NCBI RefSeq assembly: GCF_965216085.1
Contig: NZ_OZ244138.1
Location: 5,121,377 to 5,185,376, forward strand
Length of the DNA: 64,000 nt
Direction: 5' to 3'
Origin: Roseibium sp.
GTDB lineage: Bacteria; Pseudomonadota; Alphaproteobacteria; Rhizobiales; Stappiaceae
Shown: one piece after another, positions 36,153-44,302 of the stretch
Position numbering within the stretch: the first letter of the stretch is position 1
Layout: each line of letters begins with the position of its first letter
Position numbers and translations under genes: made by a program
The notes under the pieces: model-generated
Seen by the model: only the letters and a program-made list of their open reading frames with translations
Database searches by the model: none
What the model was told of the DNA's origin: nothing

Positions 36153-36845
36153 TTAGGATGACCGCTCATAAACAGTAATAGGCACGCCAGAAACCTGGTA
36201 GAGTTCGGTAAGGGTCCACTTAGATACTCCGCAGTCCTCCGAATATACATTCGGGCCAAAATACGTTGGTGCATCAGTGTTTCCGCAGACAACTGGAATA
36301 TGTTTTATTATTACCCTTCTCAATAGTTTAGAAGAGAATACTGTGTTCAAAACTCTGGATCCTCCCTCAACAAGAATCTTGAAAACATCGAATCTCCGTA
36401 ATTGCTCAGCTAACTCGCCAAAATTGACTGTATCGCCTCCGGCAACAAGGACTGTAACCGCCGGGTTCGATTGAAGAACTTCGATCTGGTTCGCTGATGC
36501 TTTCCGAGAAGTTGCAACTATTGTCGGAAGTCCGTCGGTCAGGACATTGCACTGTCTCGGCAAATTGCCGTCAGAAGATAGGATTACTCTAACTGGGCTC
36601 TTGCCCTCAAAGTGACGGGTGGTCAGAAGCGGGTTATCAGACCTTATCGTTCCAGCGCCAACCAAGATTGCATCATGTTCCGCTCTCACTTTGTGGAACC
36701 AAGACTTTAGATCCGATCCATAGAATTCGAAGAGCTGTTTGCTGTTGAACCCTGGACCGAGCGATATACGTCCATCAATGGTCAACTCGGTCAGTGTTGT
36801 CACTTCTGTTGAACGCATTTCTTTTTTCAATCGAACTCGACGCAT
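36153..36845 (-). CDS. RibD C-terminal-domain (DHFR-like) pyrimidine reductase family protein
   Basis: ELTIDGRISLGPG, DAILVGAGTIRSDNPLLT and ILVEGGSRVLNTVFSSKLL match the RibD_C reductase pattern. Its stop abuts the next start (TAAATG). Confidence 0.7.
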   Translation of the reverse strand: MRRVRLKKEMRSTEVTTLTELTIDGRISLGPGFNSKQLFEFYGSDLKSWFHKVRAEHDAILVGAGTIRSDNPLLTTRHFEGKSPVRVILSSDGNLPRQCNVLTDGLPTIVATSRKASANQIEVLQSNPAVTVLVAGGDTVNFGELAEQLRRFDVFKILVEGGSRVLNTVFSSKLLRRVIIKHIPVVCGNTDAPTYFGPNVYSEDCGVSKWTLTELYQVSGVPITVYERSS

Positions 36846-37538
36846 TAAACTAGGCTTCTCAGCTATTGAGCGGCCTGCTGCGGCGTCGAGCTCCCTCGCT
36901 TCCCAGCAATGTAAAGTTGAACCTTCTGCGCACTAATTCAGAACGTGTGTCAGGGACTTGTCAAGCATTTCTTATGTGGTTGGGTCAGGCTGAGGCTTTG
37001 ACAAACTTCAACTGTAGCGCAAGTGCGAACGATTTTTTCGCATACTAGAGGCATCTGTCACTTTGGTTTCGGCGGGTGACCAATCGTAAATAGCTTTGCG
37101 AGTTTGCTAAGGCTTCGTGCAGTCGCTGCAATCAGGAAGTAATCGTTTGCTCAATTTGGCCCTCGTATCTGAATTTATTCGATTGGGCAGACAGGTAGGT
37201 ACTAAAAGGCTTTTTGAGCTTTCAGCATCACAGTCGTCGAATACCTATCCGCATCGAATAGGCAACAGATCGAAAGTATGAATCACTATTGTTTGCAGGT
37301 TGAAAGATAATCCTATCCGTGAACAAAAAGAAGCCCATCATGATTGCAGCAACCTTTAGCTTTCCGGATATGATAATGGCTGTTCTTAGGATCCAGCCCG
37401 TTCTGGAACGGATCGATGCTGAAGCATAGTAACCCTATGTGGTCTTAGCACTGGTTGTGATCGGGTCGGGGTTGATAGTCTACGCTGAACCGCCGCGGGT
37501 TTGCCGGAGGCTCCAACTTCTGAGAAAGTGGAGCCGAT

Positions 37539-37793
37539 ATGAACAAGACAACAAACAAGTTTTCAGCTGAAATCCGTGAACGTGCCATCCGCATGGTGAT
37601 CGACCATGAAGGCGAATATCCGTCCCGGTGGGCCGCAGTATCTTCTATCGCAGCCAAGATCGGCTGCGCACCAGCGACGTTGCATGAGTGGGTCAAGAAA
37701 GCAGAGGTCGACAGCGGCAAACGAGCCGGCCTGCCGAGCGATGTGACCGAGAAGATGAAGGCCTTGGAGCGGGAGAACCGTGAGCTTCGTTAG
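37539..37793 (+). pseudogene. IS3 transposase orfA (HTH), terminated early by an in-frame TAG
   Basis: ...[37 protein letters not shown]. The conserved leucine-zipper segment continues in frame after the stop, and relatives read RELRQANEIL at this point. Confidence 0.6.
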
Positions 37794-37861
37794 GCTAACG
37801 AGATCCTGCGCAAGGCGTCTGCATATTTTGCGCAGGCGGAGCTCAACCGCCCACTGAAGCG

Positions 37862-38767
37862 ATGATTCCTTTCATCGATGAGCTTCGTCCGGTGTTCGGG
37901 GTCGAGCCGATTTGCAGAGTTTTGCCTATTGCCCCGTCGACTTTTTACGAGAGTATTGCCAAACGGGTGGGCATGGATCGCCTGTCGGTCCGCGCTCGCC
38001 GCGATATCGCCCTGAAGATCGAGATACGTCGTGTGTTCGAGGAGAACTTCCGGGTCTATGGCATGTGCAAGATCTGGCGGCAATTGCAGCGAGAGGGTTT
38101 TGATGTTGCTCGTTGCACCGTGTCCCGGCTCATGAGGTCCATAGGGCTTCAGGGGTTCATCCGTGGCAAGCCGGTGAAGACGACGTTTCCGGACAAGTCG
38201 GCACCCAGTCCAATCGACCGTGTGAACCGCCAGTTCAGGGCACCAGCGCCGAACACGCTCTGGGTTTCGGATTTCACCTATGTCGCCACCTGGCAGGGTT
38301 TCGTCTATGTCGCCTTCGTGATCGACGCGTTTGTGCGGCGCATTGTCGGATGGCGCGTCAGCCGGACGGCGCATGCGGCCGTTGTCCTCGACGCCCCGGA
38401 ACAGGCGCTTCATGATCGGCGGCCCGCTCGGGGTGGCGGCCTGGTGCATCACTCCGACAGGGGTGTTCAATACGTGTCGATCAGGTATTCGGAGCGACTG
38501 GCCGAGGCGGGAATTGAACCCTCAGTCGGGAGTGTCGGAGACAGCTACGACAATGCTCTCGCAGAAACGATCAACGGTCTTTACAAGATCGAGGTCATTC
38601 ATCGGCGTGGGCCGTGGCGCAGCTTCGAAGCCATTGAGTTTGCTACCCTGGAATGGGTCGACTGGTTCAACCACCGCCGTCTTCTGGAGCCAATAGGAAA
38701 CATCCCTCCGGCTGAAGCAGAGGGACAATACTACGCCACGCTGGATCAAACGGCCGTGGCTGCATAA
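37862..38767 (+). CDS. IS3 transposase orfB (DDE/rve integrase core), in the -1 frame relative to orfA
   Basis: LWVSDFTYV, HHSDRGVQYVS and DNALAETINGLYKIE are the D, D and E regions of the rve domain. It is normally expressed only as an OrfAB frameshift fusion. Confidence 0.85.
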   Translation: MIPFIDELRPVFGVEPICRVLPIAPSTFYESIAKRVGMDRLSVRARRDIALKIEIRRVFEENFRVYGMCKIWRQLQREGFDVARCTVSRLMRSIGLQGFIRGKPVKTTFPDKSAPSPIDRVNRQFRAPAPNTLWVSDFTYVATWQGFVYVAFVIDAFVRRIVGWRVSRTAHAAVVLDAPEQALHDRRPARGGGLVHHSDRGVQYVSIRYSERLAEAGIEPSVGSVGDSYDNALAETINGLYKIEVIHRRGPWRSFEAIEFATLEWVDWFNHRRLLEPIGNIPPAEAEGQYYATLDQTAVAA

Positions 38768-39121
38768 CTTAAACCAAATGGCCTCCGGCAAACCTGCTGC
38801 GGTTCAACGCAGCTTTTTGGTCATATTGCGGGAGTTGAATATGGGTGTTTTGAGAGCTTTACGAAACGATAGATAAGGGAAACGCTTACTGTCGAATTTT
38901 GTTTCGGAGGCAAAGTTCAAATTATGACTATTTTCAACCATTGCCTGAGGCGGATCCTTAAATATTTTAAGTATAACACTATGAAATACATTTTATATTT
39001 TGTAAATATCAATATCGTAAATTTAAATAGAATATCAATTATAGGAATAAAAGCATAAAAGTAAAACAATTCATACCTAGATCTTACTTCGGTGTTTGAC
39101 GGTGGCCTAGATCGCGCTGCA

Positions 39122-39304
39122 ATGGCGCGAGCCATGTGGGCTGCGATGAAAGAAAAGAAACTCTAATTCAGAAAAGTAGCGACGGCCGCGGGGGTCGATC
39201 AAAGCGACATTCAACGGATCACAAATCAAAAAGCAAATTTAGATAGCCCATTGAAAATATTGTGTAAACTTGGCTGTAAAGCACACCTTGAAGTTAACCT
39301 TTAA
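39122..39304 (+). pseudogene. short XRE-type HTH regulator interrupted by an in-frame TAA
   Basis: MARAMWAAMKEKKL-TAA(39164-39166)-FRKVATAAGVDQSDIQRITNQKANLDSPLKILCKLGCKAHLEVNL. The part after the stop has the helix-turn-helix pattern of Cro/C1-type proteins. Confidence 0.4.
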
Positions 39305-39707
39305 GGGCTGTCACAAAAAATATGTTTGACAAACGTGAGACTTTTCTCTCACGCTTATAGTTAATGGGATCATCCAACTAGCTCTCCCAAGAGCAAGATT
39401 CCAATACTTGGCATTCGTCATAGAAAGCTAAGTAAAAGCCATAAGGACAGGTATGCTGTCCATTCTTGGAGGTGAAAGACCTCTGCACCGCACGCGCGGT
39501 GCGATGCGCTGAATGGCGGCGCGGGCAAAAATCAACAGAGCCGGGGCATGAGCCAGGGTTCACCGAGTGTTTGAACGACCAACGTTCAAACACCCGGAGG
39601 CTAAAGCTGTTTTCAATTTGGTTTCCCGATGTTGGGAAGAACACGGTCAGGGAAGAAGGAATTTCAGCGGAAGGGTCAAGGAGCGAAAAGGAAAGGGAGC
39701 AACAGAA

Positions 39708-41495
39708 ATGATCCTGTTGGTTGTCTCGGAAGTTTGTCAGTTCGCGGTGACACTCATCGTCTTCAACTTCGTTGCGAGGACGCTCACCTTCTCGACCCTA
39801 AAATTCTTCGGGGCGTATGACCCTCGGTGGGATCTCAAATGGCCCCGTTTCCCGTGGCGCTGGGTCTGGCTCAATGTCTGGATCAGGTTCGGGGAATGGA
39901 TCGAGGAGAATTTCAAAAGCGGCAAAGCCACGGGTGGACTGACGGGGTCTGTCACGCAAATAGCGCTTACGTTTGAACCAAACCAAAGCCTCATCGGGCA
40001 AGCGCGGCTTCCTCTCGGTATCAGGCACTACAGTCTGGTAGGTGAGAAGTCCGAGCGCCACAAAGTCTTTGTTGCAAGCGCTCGTTCTGGGAAAAGCCTT
40101 CAGCTGCAAACCGAACTTGCTTTGATGCCTGACGATGCCAGGGCACTGGTCATCGACCCAAAAGGCGACCACACGCGCGACATCCTTTTTAAAGCTGAAG
40201 AAAACGGTCACGAGCTCTGTGTGCTCGATCCCCTTCGGATTACGGAACGCAGGAACAAGATCTGCCTGTTGATGCAGATCCAGCTCGTCAATAAACGTCT
40301 GGGCGAGGATCGCACAACGATGATGTGCGATCGGATCGCCAGCCTGTTTTTCCCGCACAATCCGCAAGCCAAGAACCCATACTTTGACGACACCGGGCGT
40401 GAGGGCTGGGCGCGCATGATGTGCTTTGTCTTGCACAAATACCCCACTGGAACGTTGCTGGATGTGCGCCGTCTGTTCGCCCGCGGTTATAATGAGGATG
40501 CCCCTGATGATCCCGAATTGGCCTTTGGGATGCTTTGGGAGGAAATGCTCGATTGCAATATCTACGATGGCTATGTGTCTTCGTTTGCGGCTGACCTCCT
40601 CAGTATGGATGAGCGCACACGCGCCAACGTTCTTTCAACTATCCGAAGCAAAACCGCTTTTCTTGACCACCAGCAGGTCAAAGACGTTTCTTGTGGCAAT
40701 GACGTCAATCTTTGCGATCTGAAGAACCCGGATAGCAACCTCATTATCTCCATCCCCGTGACGGTCGGCGACATGAAGACGACCTTACGCCCCTGGGTGA
40801 GTGCCATTGTCTCGCTGTCCTTGGCAATCATGGAGTGGATACCCGGAGACCTGAAGACCAAAACCCGGTTCGTCATCGAAGAAGCTCAGGCAATTGGTCA
40901 AACAGCGCTGCCTGGAATGGGTGACAAGGCTGCTCTTATGGCGGGGATGGGCGTGTCCCTTATCGTCGTCACCCAGGATTGTGCTGGTTTCAAAAAGAGC
41001 TTCCCACAAGACTGGCTTTCCATCATTGGCAATGCCCAGCACGTCATCTTTATGGCCTGCAATGATCATGAGACCTACGAGTATGTTTCTGACAAATCGC
41101 TCGGAATGAAGACGGTCAAACGAAAGAAATGGCACATCCCTTTTCTTTGGACGGTCTCAAGTTTTGAAAAGCCCGTCATGACACCTGACCAGGTGCGCCG
41201 TTTCCTTGAGGCCAAGAAGGGCTCAGCGATAGTGATGCGCAATGGCAAGCGCTCGATGTTCGTGAAGATCGCCAAGAGTTATCAGGTGCTGCCTGTTTGG
41301 CTGATCAACCCATCCAAAGACCACGGCGAGACAAGAGCCCGCGCGTGGTTCCGCTCTGTTTGGGAAGACTGGACATCCCGAAGGAACGAACAGGGCAAAC
41401 TGGTTGCCACCTCTACTCCCCGACTGCTGCCGAGTGATGAAAGCAAGCTGGACGCACTGCATTTGTCCACCCGGCCATCATCCTCCAAACACTGA
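39708..41495 (+). CDS. type IV coupling protein-like ATPase (VirD4/TraG family)
   Basis: N-terminal TM helices are followed by Walker A-like ASARSGKS, then VIDPKGD and Walker B-like RFVIEEAQAIG, then SLIVVTQDCAGFKKSFP. A GGGAG RBS precedes ATG 39708. The longest-ORF start at 39567 was rejected. Confidence 0.75.
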   Translation: MILLVVSEVCQFAVTLIVFNFVARTLTFSTLKFFGAYDPRWDLKWPRFPWRWVWLNVWIRFGEWIEENFKSGKATGGLTGSVTQIALTFEPNQSLIGQARLPLGIRHYSLVGEKSERHKVFVASARSGKSLQLQTELALMPDDARALVIDPKGDHTRDILFKAEENGHELCVLDPLRITERRNKICLLMQIQLVNKRLGEDRTTMMCDRIASLFFPHNPQAKNPYFDDTGREGWARMMCFVLHKYPTGTLLDVRRLFARGYNEDAPDDPELAFGMLWEEMLDCNIYDGYVSSFAADLLSMDERTRANVLSTIRSKTAFLDHQQVKDVSCGNDVNLCDLKNPDSNLIISIPVTVGDMKTTLRPWVSAIVSLSLAIMEWIPGDLKTKTRFVIEEAQAIGQTALPGMGDKAALMAGMGVSLIVVTQDCAGFKKSFPQDWLSIIGNAQHVIFMACNDHETYEYVSDKSLGMKTVKRKKWHIPFLWTVSSFEKPVMTPDQVRRFLEAKKGSAIVMRNGKRSMFVKIAKSYQVLPVWLINPSKDHGETRARAWFRSVWEDWTSRRNEQGKLVATSTPRLLPSDESKLDALHLSTRPSSSKH

Positions 41496-41513
41496 AACCA
41501 AGGAGATCAGTCT

Positions 41514-42506
41514 ATGAAGGTCCAATCTAGTCGCTACATCCCTCCGGAGTTCATTCGAGAGGTGACATGTCACCTGATGTTGAACAGGGCGAAGGCTGAG
41601 AATCCAGCCATTCGATCCCTTACTATGCTGATCGTCCAAGGTCCTGCTGGTTCAGGAAAAACGACATCCATTCGTCATATCTGCAATGTGATTTCTGCGC
41701 CGTTGTATGAAGTCCATGGCAAGGAACTTGTCTCTGAATGGGAAGGACAGGCAACAGCACCACTAGAAAAACAGGTTTTGGACGCCGCCAATGATCCAAG
41801 CCCATTCCAGCCCGTCGTTCTGGTTGATGACATCGAAATGAGCGGCTTCTCCGTCGATGCCAATTTTACGGGAACGGTCAACAGTAAGGCGTGTTCCGCA
41901 TGGCTGATGAGCTACGCTGACAATCCTCACAAGCTGAACATAAGGCCGGAAAAAGCACCACCGCGAACGCTTCACCTCAAGCGCCCGCCTGCTTTGATCC
42001 TTACGGTCAACAACATCTCTGCCCTACACAGCCCTATGGTGCGGGAAGGTCGCGCTTCTATTTGCACCCTCGATCCAAGAGGTATCGATCTACAAAGAGT
42101 GCTCGCTGGGATGTATCCCAAATTGTCTGTTCGCCAAGCCGGACAGCTGATCAAAAGACACCCGGGCAGATCAGTCGCCTTATTCTCCGATATCGGTGCC
42201 TACATCACCAAAAAATCCGCCCTTAGGTTCGCACAACGAGCCGGTTTGAACTTCAAGTCCATGGACTGGGCTGCCATGGCAGCGAGCATCGAAACGTCGT
42301 CAAACGGCGCGACCTATCACCAATTGGCAGACGCCGCTGAAGTCTTGGCCGCGCAATCAAGAAGCTCAAACTTTGTAGCAGCTCCAGACGATCCGGCTCC
42401 GCAACAACACCAACCTCATAATCCAATGGAACACAGCCAGAAAAATGGAGCCTGGTTTCCGCGTTTCCTGCCCGGATCACAAGATATCCCGGCATCAAAG
42501 CCCTAA
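41514..42506 (+). CDS. classic-clade AAA+ ATPase resembling the Rubisco-activase core
   Basis: Walker A GPAGSGKT and Walker B VVLVDDIE are present. The blocks KELVSEWEGQATAPLEKQV, FTGTVNSKACSAWLMSYADNP and LILTVNNISALHSPMVREGR parallel plant Rca blocks GELESGNAGEPAKLIRQRY, YTVNNQMVNATLMNIADNP and [20 protein letters not shown] as recalled from memory. Confidence 0.7.
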   Translation: MKVQSSRYIPPEFIREVTCHLMLNRAKAENPAIRSLTMLIVQGPAGSGKTTSIRHICNVISAPLYEVHGKELVSEWEGQATAPLEKQVLDAANDPSPFQPVVLVDDIEMSGFSVDANFTGTVNSKACSAWLMSYADNPHKLNIRPEKAPPRTLHLKRPPALILTVNNISALHSPMVREGRASICTLDPRGIDLQRVLAGMYPKLSVRQAGQLIKRHPGRSVALFSDIGAYITKKSALRFAQRAGLNFKSMDWAAMAASIETSSNGATYHQLADAAEVLAAQSRSSNFVAAPDDPAPQQHQPHNPMEHSQKNGAWFPRFLPGSQDIPASKP

Positions 42507-42521
42507 CAAAGGAGGTTAGAC

Positions 42522-43145
42522 ATGGCGACAGCAAAAACGAAGCTCAAGACCAGCGTCGGTGTTGGTGCAATGACGCGAGTGGAATTGATGCAGGACTCGG
42601 CTGAGAGATTTATTCAGCTCGCAGACCGCAATCCATTCGGAATGCGCTACCAGCTTGAGAAGCTGGATGTCCTGTTTGGAATGAAGCTTATCAGAGAAGT
42701 TTGGCTCTCAGTTTATGCGGATGACGAACGAATAGCCGGACTTCGGATGAAGTTTGATTGGAACACCAATCGAGCCATGCTGGAAAAGCATGGTGAGGAC
42801 GTTTCGGAAGATAAGATCGACCAATACGGCACCTTGGAATCGACCACCGACACAATGGTCGTCTTGCGGAAGTACATTGACGAGTTGTTCGACCGATGTG
42901 GGGCAAGCCACATCTCATGCAATTGCTTTGTGCGTCCAGAAAGAGTGAAGGAGTTGGGTGAGGATCGATACTACGAGATCATGGGCTACAAAAAGCCCGG
43001 CGAACCCGCCCGTAAACCCACACAGGCAGAAATCGAAAAACACCGCAAAGATCGTGCGGCTGAGGAAGCTGCACGTAAAGCGAAAGGCACCAAGCGGGTC
43101 ATGATCTTGCCTGAGTTGCCGGAAGTATCGATTGAGGCATGGTGA
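42522..43145 (+). CDS. hypothetical protein
   Basis: 207-aa ORF with a GGAGG RBS, 15 nt after the AAA+ gene. It has a basic C-terminal tail and no recognisable motif. Confidence 0.5.
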   Translation: MATAKTKLKTSVGVGAMTRVELMQDSAERFIQLADRNPFGMRYQLEKLDVLFGMKLIREVWLSVYADDERIAGLRMKFDWNTNRAMLEKHGEDVSEDKIDQYGTLESTTDTMVVLRKYIDELFDRCGASHISCNCFVRPERVKELGEDRYYEIMGYKKPGEPARKPTQAEIEKHRKDRAAEEAARKAKGTKRVMILPELPEVSIEAW

Positions 43146-43156
43146 GGAGAACAATC

Positions 43157-43684
43157 ATGAAAGACGTTCTATATGCCGTTTTTGACCGGCTCAGCGAAGA
43201 TCTGAGCAAAGTTGAAAACAAGCACAATGTTGGTGAAGCCAGCGCTGACGCAATCCCTGAACATGAGATCGTGGCAGATCTGGATTACGACGAAAAAGTC
43301 AAAAGAAACGATCAAACAGGCGATGTATCCGGCAAGATCGCAAGCCTGAATGACCGTTTCCATCAGAACCAAACAACCGCTGATGACGAAATCAAAGGTC
43401 GATGGATCTTAGGGGATGATATAGAGGAACTTCCTGGCCCGACCAAGGCAGCGATCAAGAAAAAGGTCCAGGCTTATTCGGGATTTGAAGAGTTCCCACT
43501 CCATGATCACGGCGCTTTCCATTACCGGAGCAAGGACAGGATCCTCCCTGTTATTTGGAAGATCGGCGTCTACCAGGACGACAGTCTCACCAAAGAGGCC
43601 GATCACCCTGAAGATCCTGCGCAAAGCTATCGGCTTTTGCTGCTCGACCTTTCCGACACCCCTGTTAAGGAGAACGCATCATGA
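43157..43684 (+). CDS. hypothetical acidic protein
   Basis: ATG 43157 is preceded by a GGTGAGGAGA RBS. An alternative ATG at 43139 overlaps the upstream stop. No motif was recognised. Confidence 0.5.
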   Translation: MKDVLYAVFDRLSEDLSKVENKHNVGEASADAIPEHEIVADLDYDEKVKRNDQTGDVSGKIASLNDRFHQNQTTADDEIKGRWILGDDIEELPGPTKAAIKKKVQAYSGFEEFPLHDHGAFHYRSKDRILPVIWKIGVYQDDSLTKEADHPEDPAQSYRLLLLDLSDTPVKENAS

Positions 43685-44016
43685 CCAATGATCCTATCGC
43701 AAGGTTCCACGAGTATCCCGCAGAGATCTCACTCTTTGAGCAAGAGGGTGAAAACGGCTCCTGGCTGAATGCAAAGGTCAGCAAGATCTACAAGGATGGG
43801 GAAGACTACAAGCGGACCAACAACTTCAGCCGCAATGATCTTGTCAAACTCAACAGCCTTGTCCCACAGGCGATCGAGCGGATGCAATCCTGGGAGCAAG
43901 AGCAAAGGCAAGCTCCCCAGCAATCTGAAAGCGAGCAACCGGACAAGTACAAAGAGCGGGCGCAAACGCGGCGCGCGCGGCGTGCTCAGTCACAAGATCG
44001 GGGGATGGCACCGTGA
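43681..44016 (+). CDS. hypothetical protein (weak PC4/YdbC-like ssDNA-binding resemblance)
   Basis: ATGA overlap with the upstream gene. ISLFEQEGENGSWLNAKVSKIYKDGEDYKRTNNFSRNDLVKLNSL loosely resembles the PC4-fold pattern (DIRE.Y.KDGE..PTKKGISL....W..L). The tail is basic and Q/R-rich. Confidence 0.45.
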   Translation: MTNDPIARFHEYPAEISLFEQEGENGSWLNAKVSKIYKDGEDYKRTNNFSRNDLVKLNSLVPQAIERMQSWEQEQRQAPQQSESEQPDKYKERAQTRRARRAQSQDRGMAP

Positions 44017-44302
44017 AGACAAGTGTATTCACCGATCCCAACTCAACCTTGTAGCCTTTAGTAAAGAAACTGGAGTTGATCGGGAATTTGCGTTCCCGAT
44101 CAAATTCCAGGTACAATATACTTATGGTTGCTATTATTTTGGATACCAACCAGATCTTCGAGACATCTTTATGTCCAAGGTCAGGCCATAACCAGAAAAT
44201 TAGATCAAACGCTCGGGGCGGGTGACCGTCATGACGCAGGTGGAGTCTGTCCAAAGCAGACCAAGAGAAACTTTTTGATCTCGTCGCAAAGGAGAAAGGT
44301 CA

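Larger units (their letters stand above)
37486..38806 (+). mobile_element. IS3-family insertion sequence (1321 bp) with imperfect terminal inverted repeats and a 4-bp target-site duplication
   Basis: IRL is TGAACCGCCGCGGGTTTGCCGGAGGC. The reverse complement of IRR is TGAACCGCAGCAGGTTTGCCGGAGGC, so 24 of 26 positions match and the ends are TG...CA. It is flanked by the direct repeat ACGC (37482-37485 and 38807-38810). orfA and orfB lie in the 0 and -1 frames. Confidence 0.9.

Noticed and set aside
36846-37485. Possible gene disrupted by the IS3 insertion (joining the flanks across the ACGC duplication)
   Set aside because: Joining the flanks yields only a ~37-codon minus-strand ORF ([15 protein letters not shown]...) with no recognisable features. 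The insertion appears to be intergenic.
37790-38470. 226-aa minus-strand ORF inside the IS3 element
   Set aside because: It is antisense to the DDE transposase orfB, whose catalytic motifs are evident. No independent support exists.
39567-39707. N-terminal extension of the coupling-protein ORF
   Set aside because: The extension (MFERPTFKHPEAKAV...KERKGKGATE) is hydrophilic with no motif. ATG 39708 has a GGGAG RBS and starts directly at the expected TM anchor.
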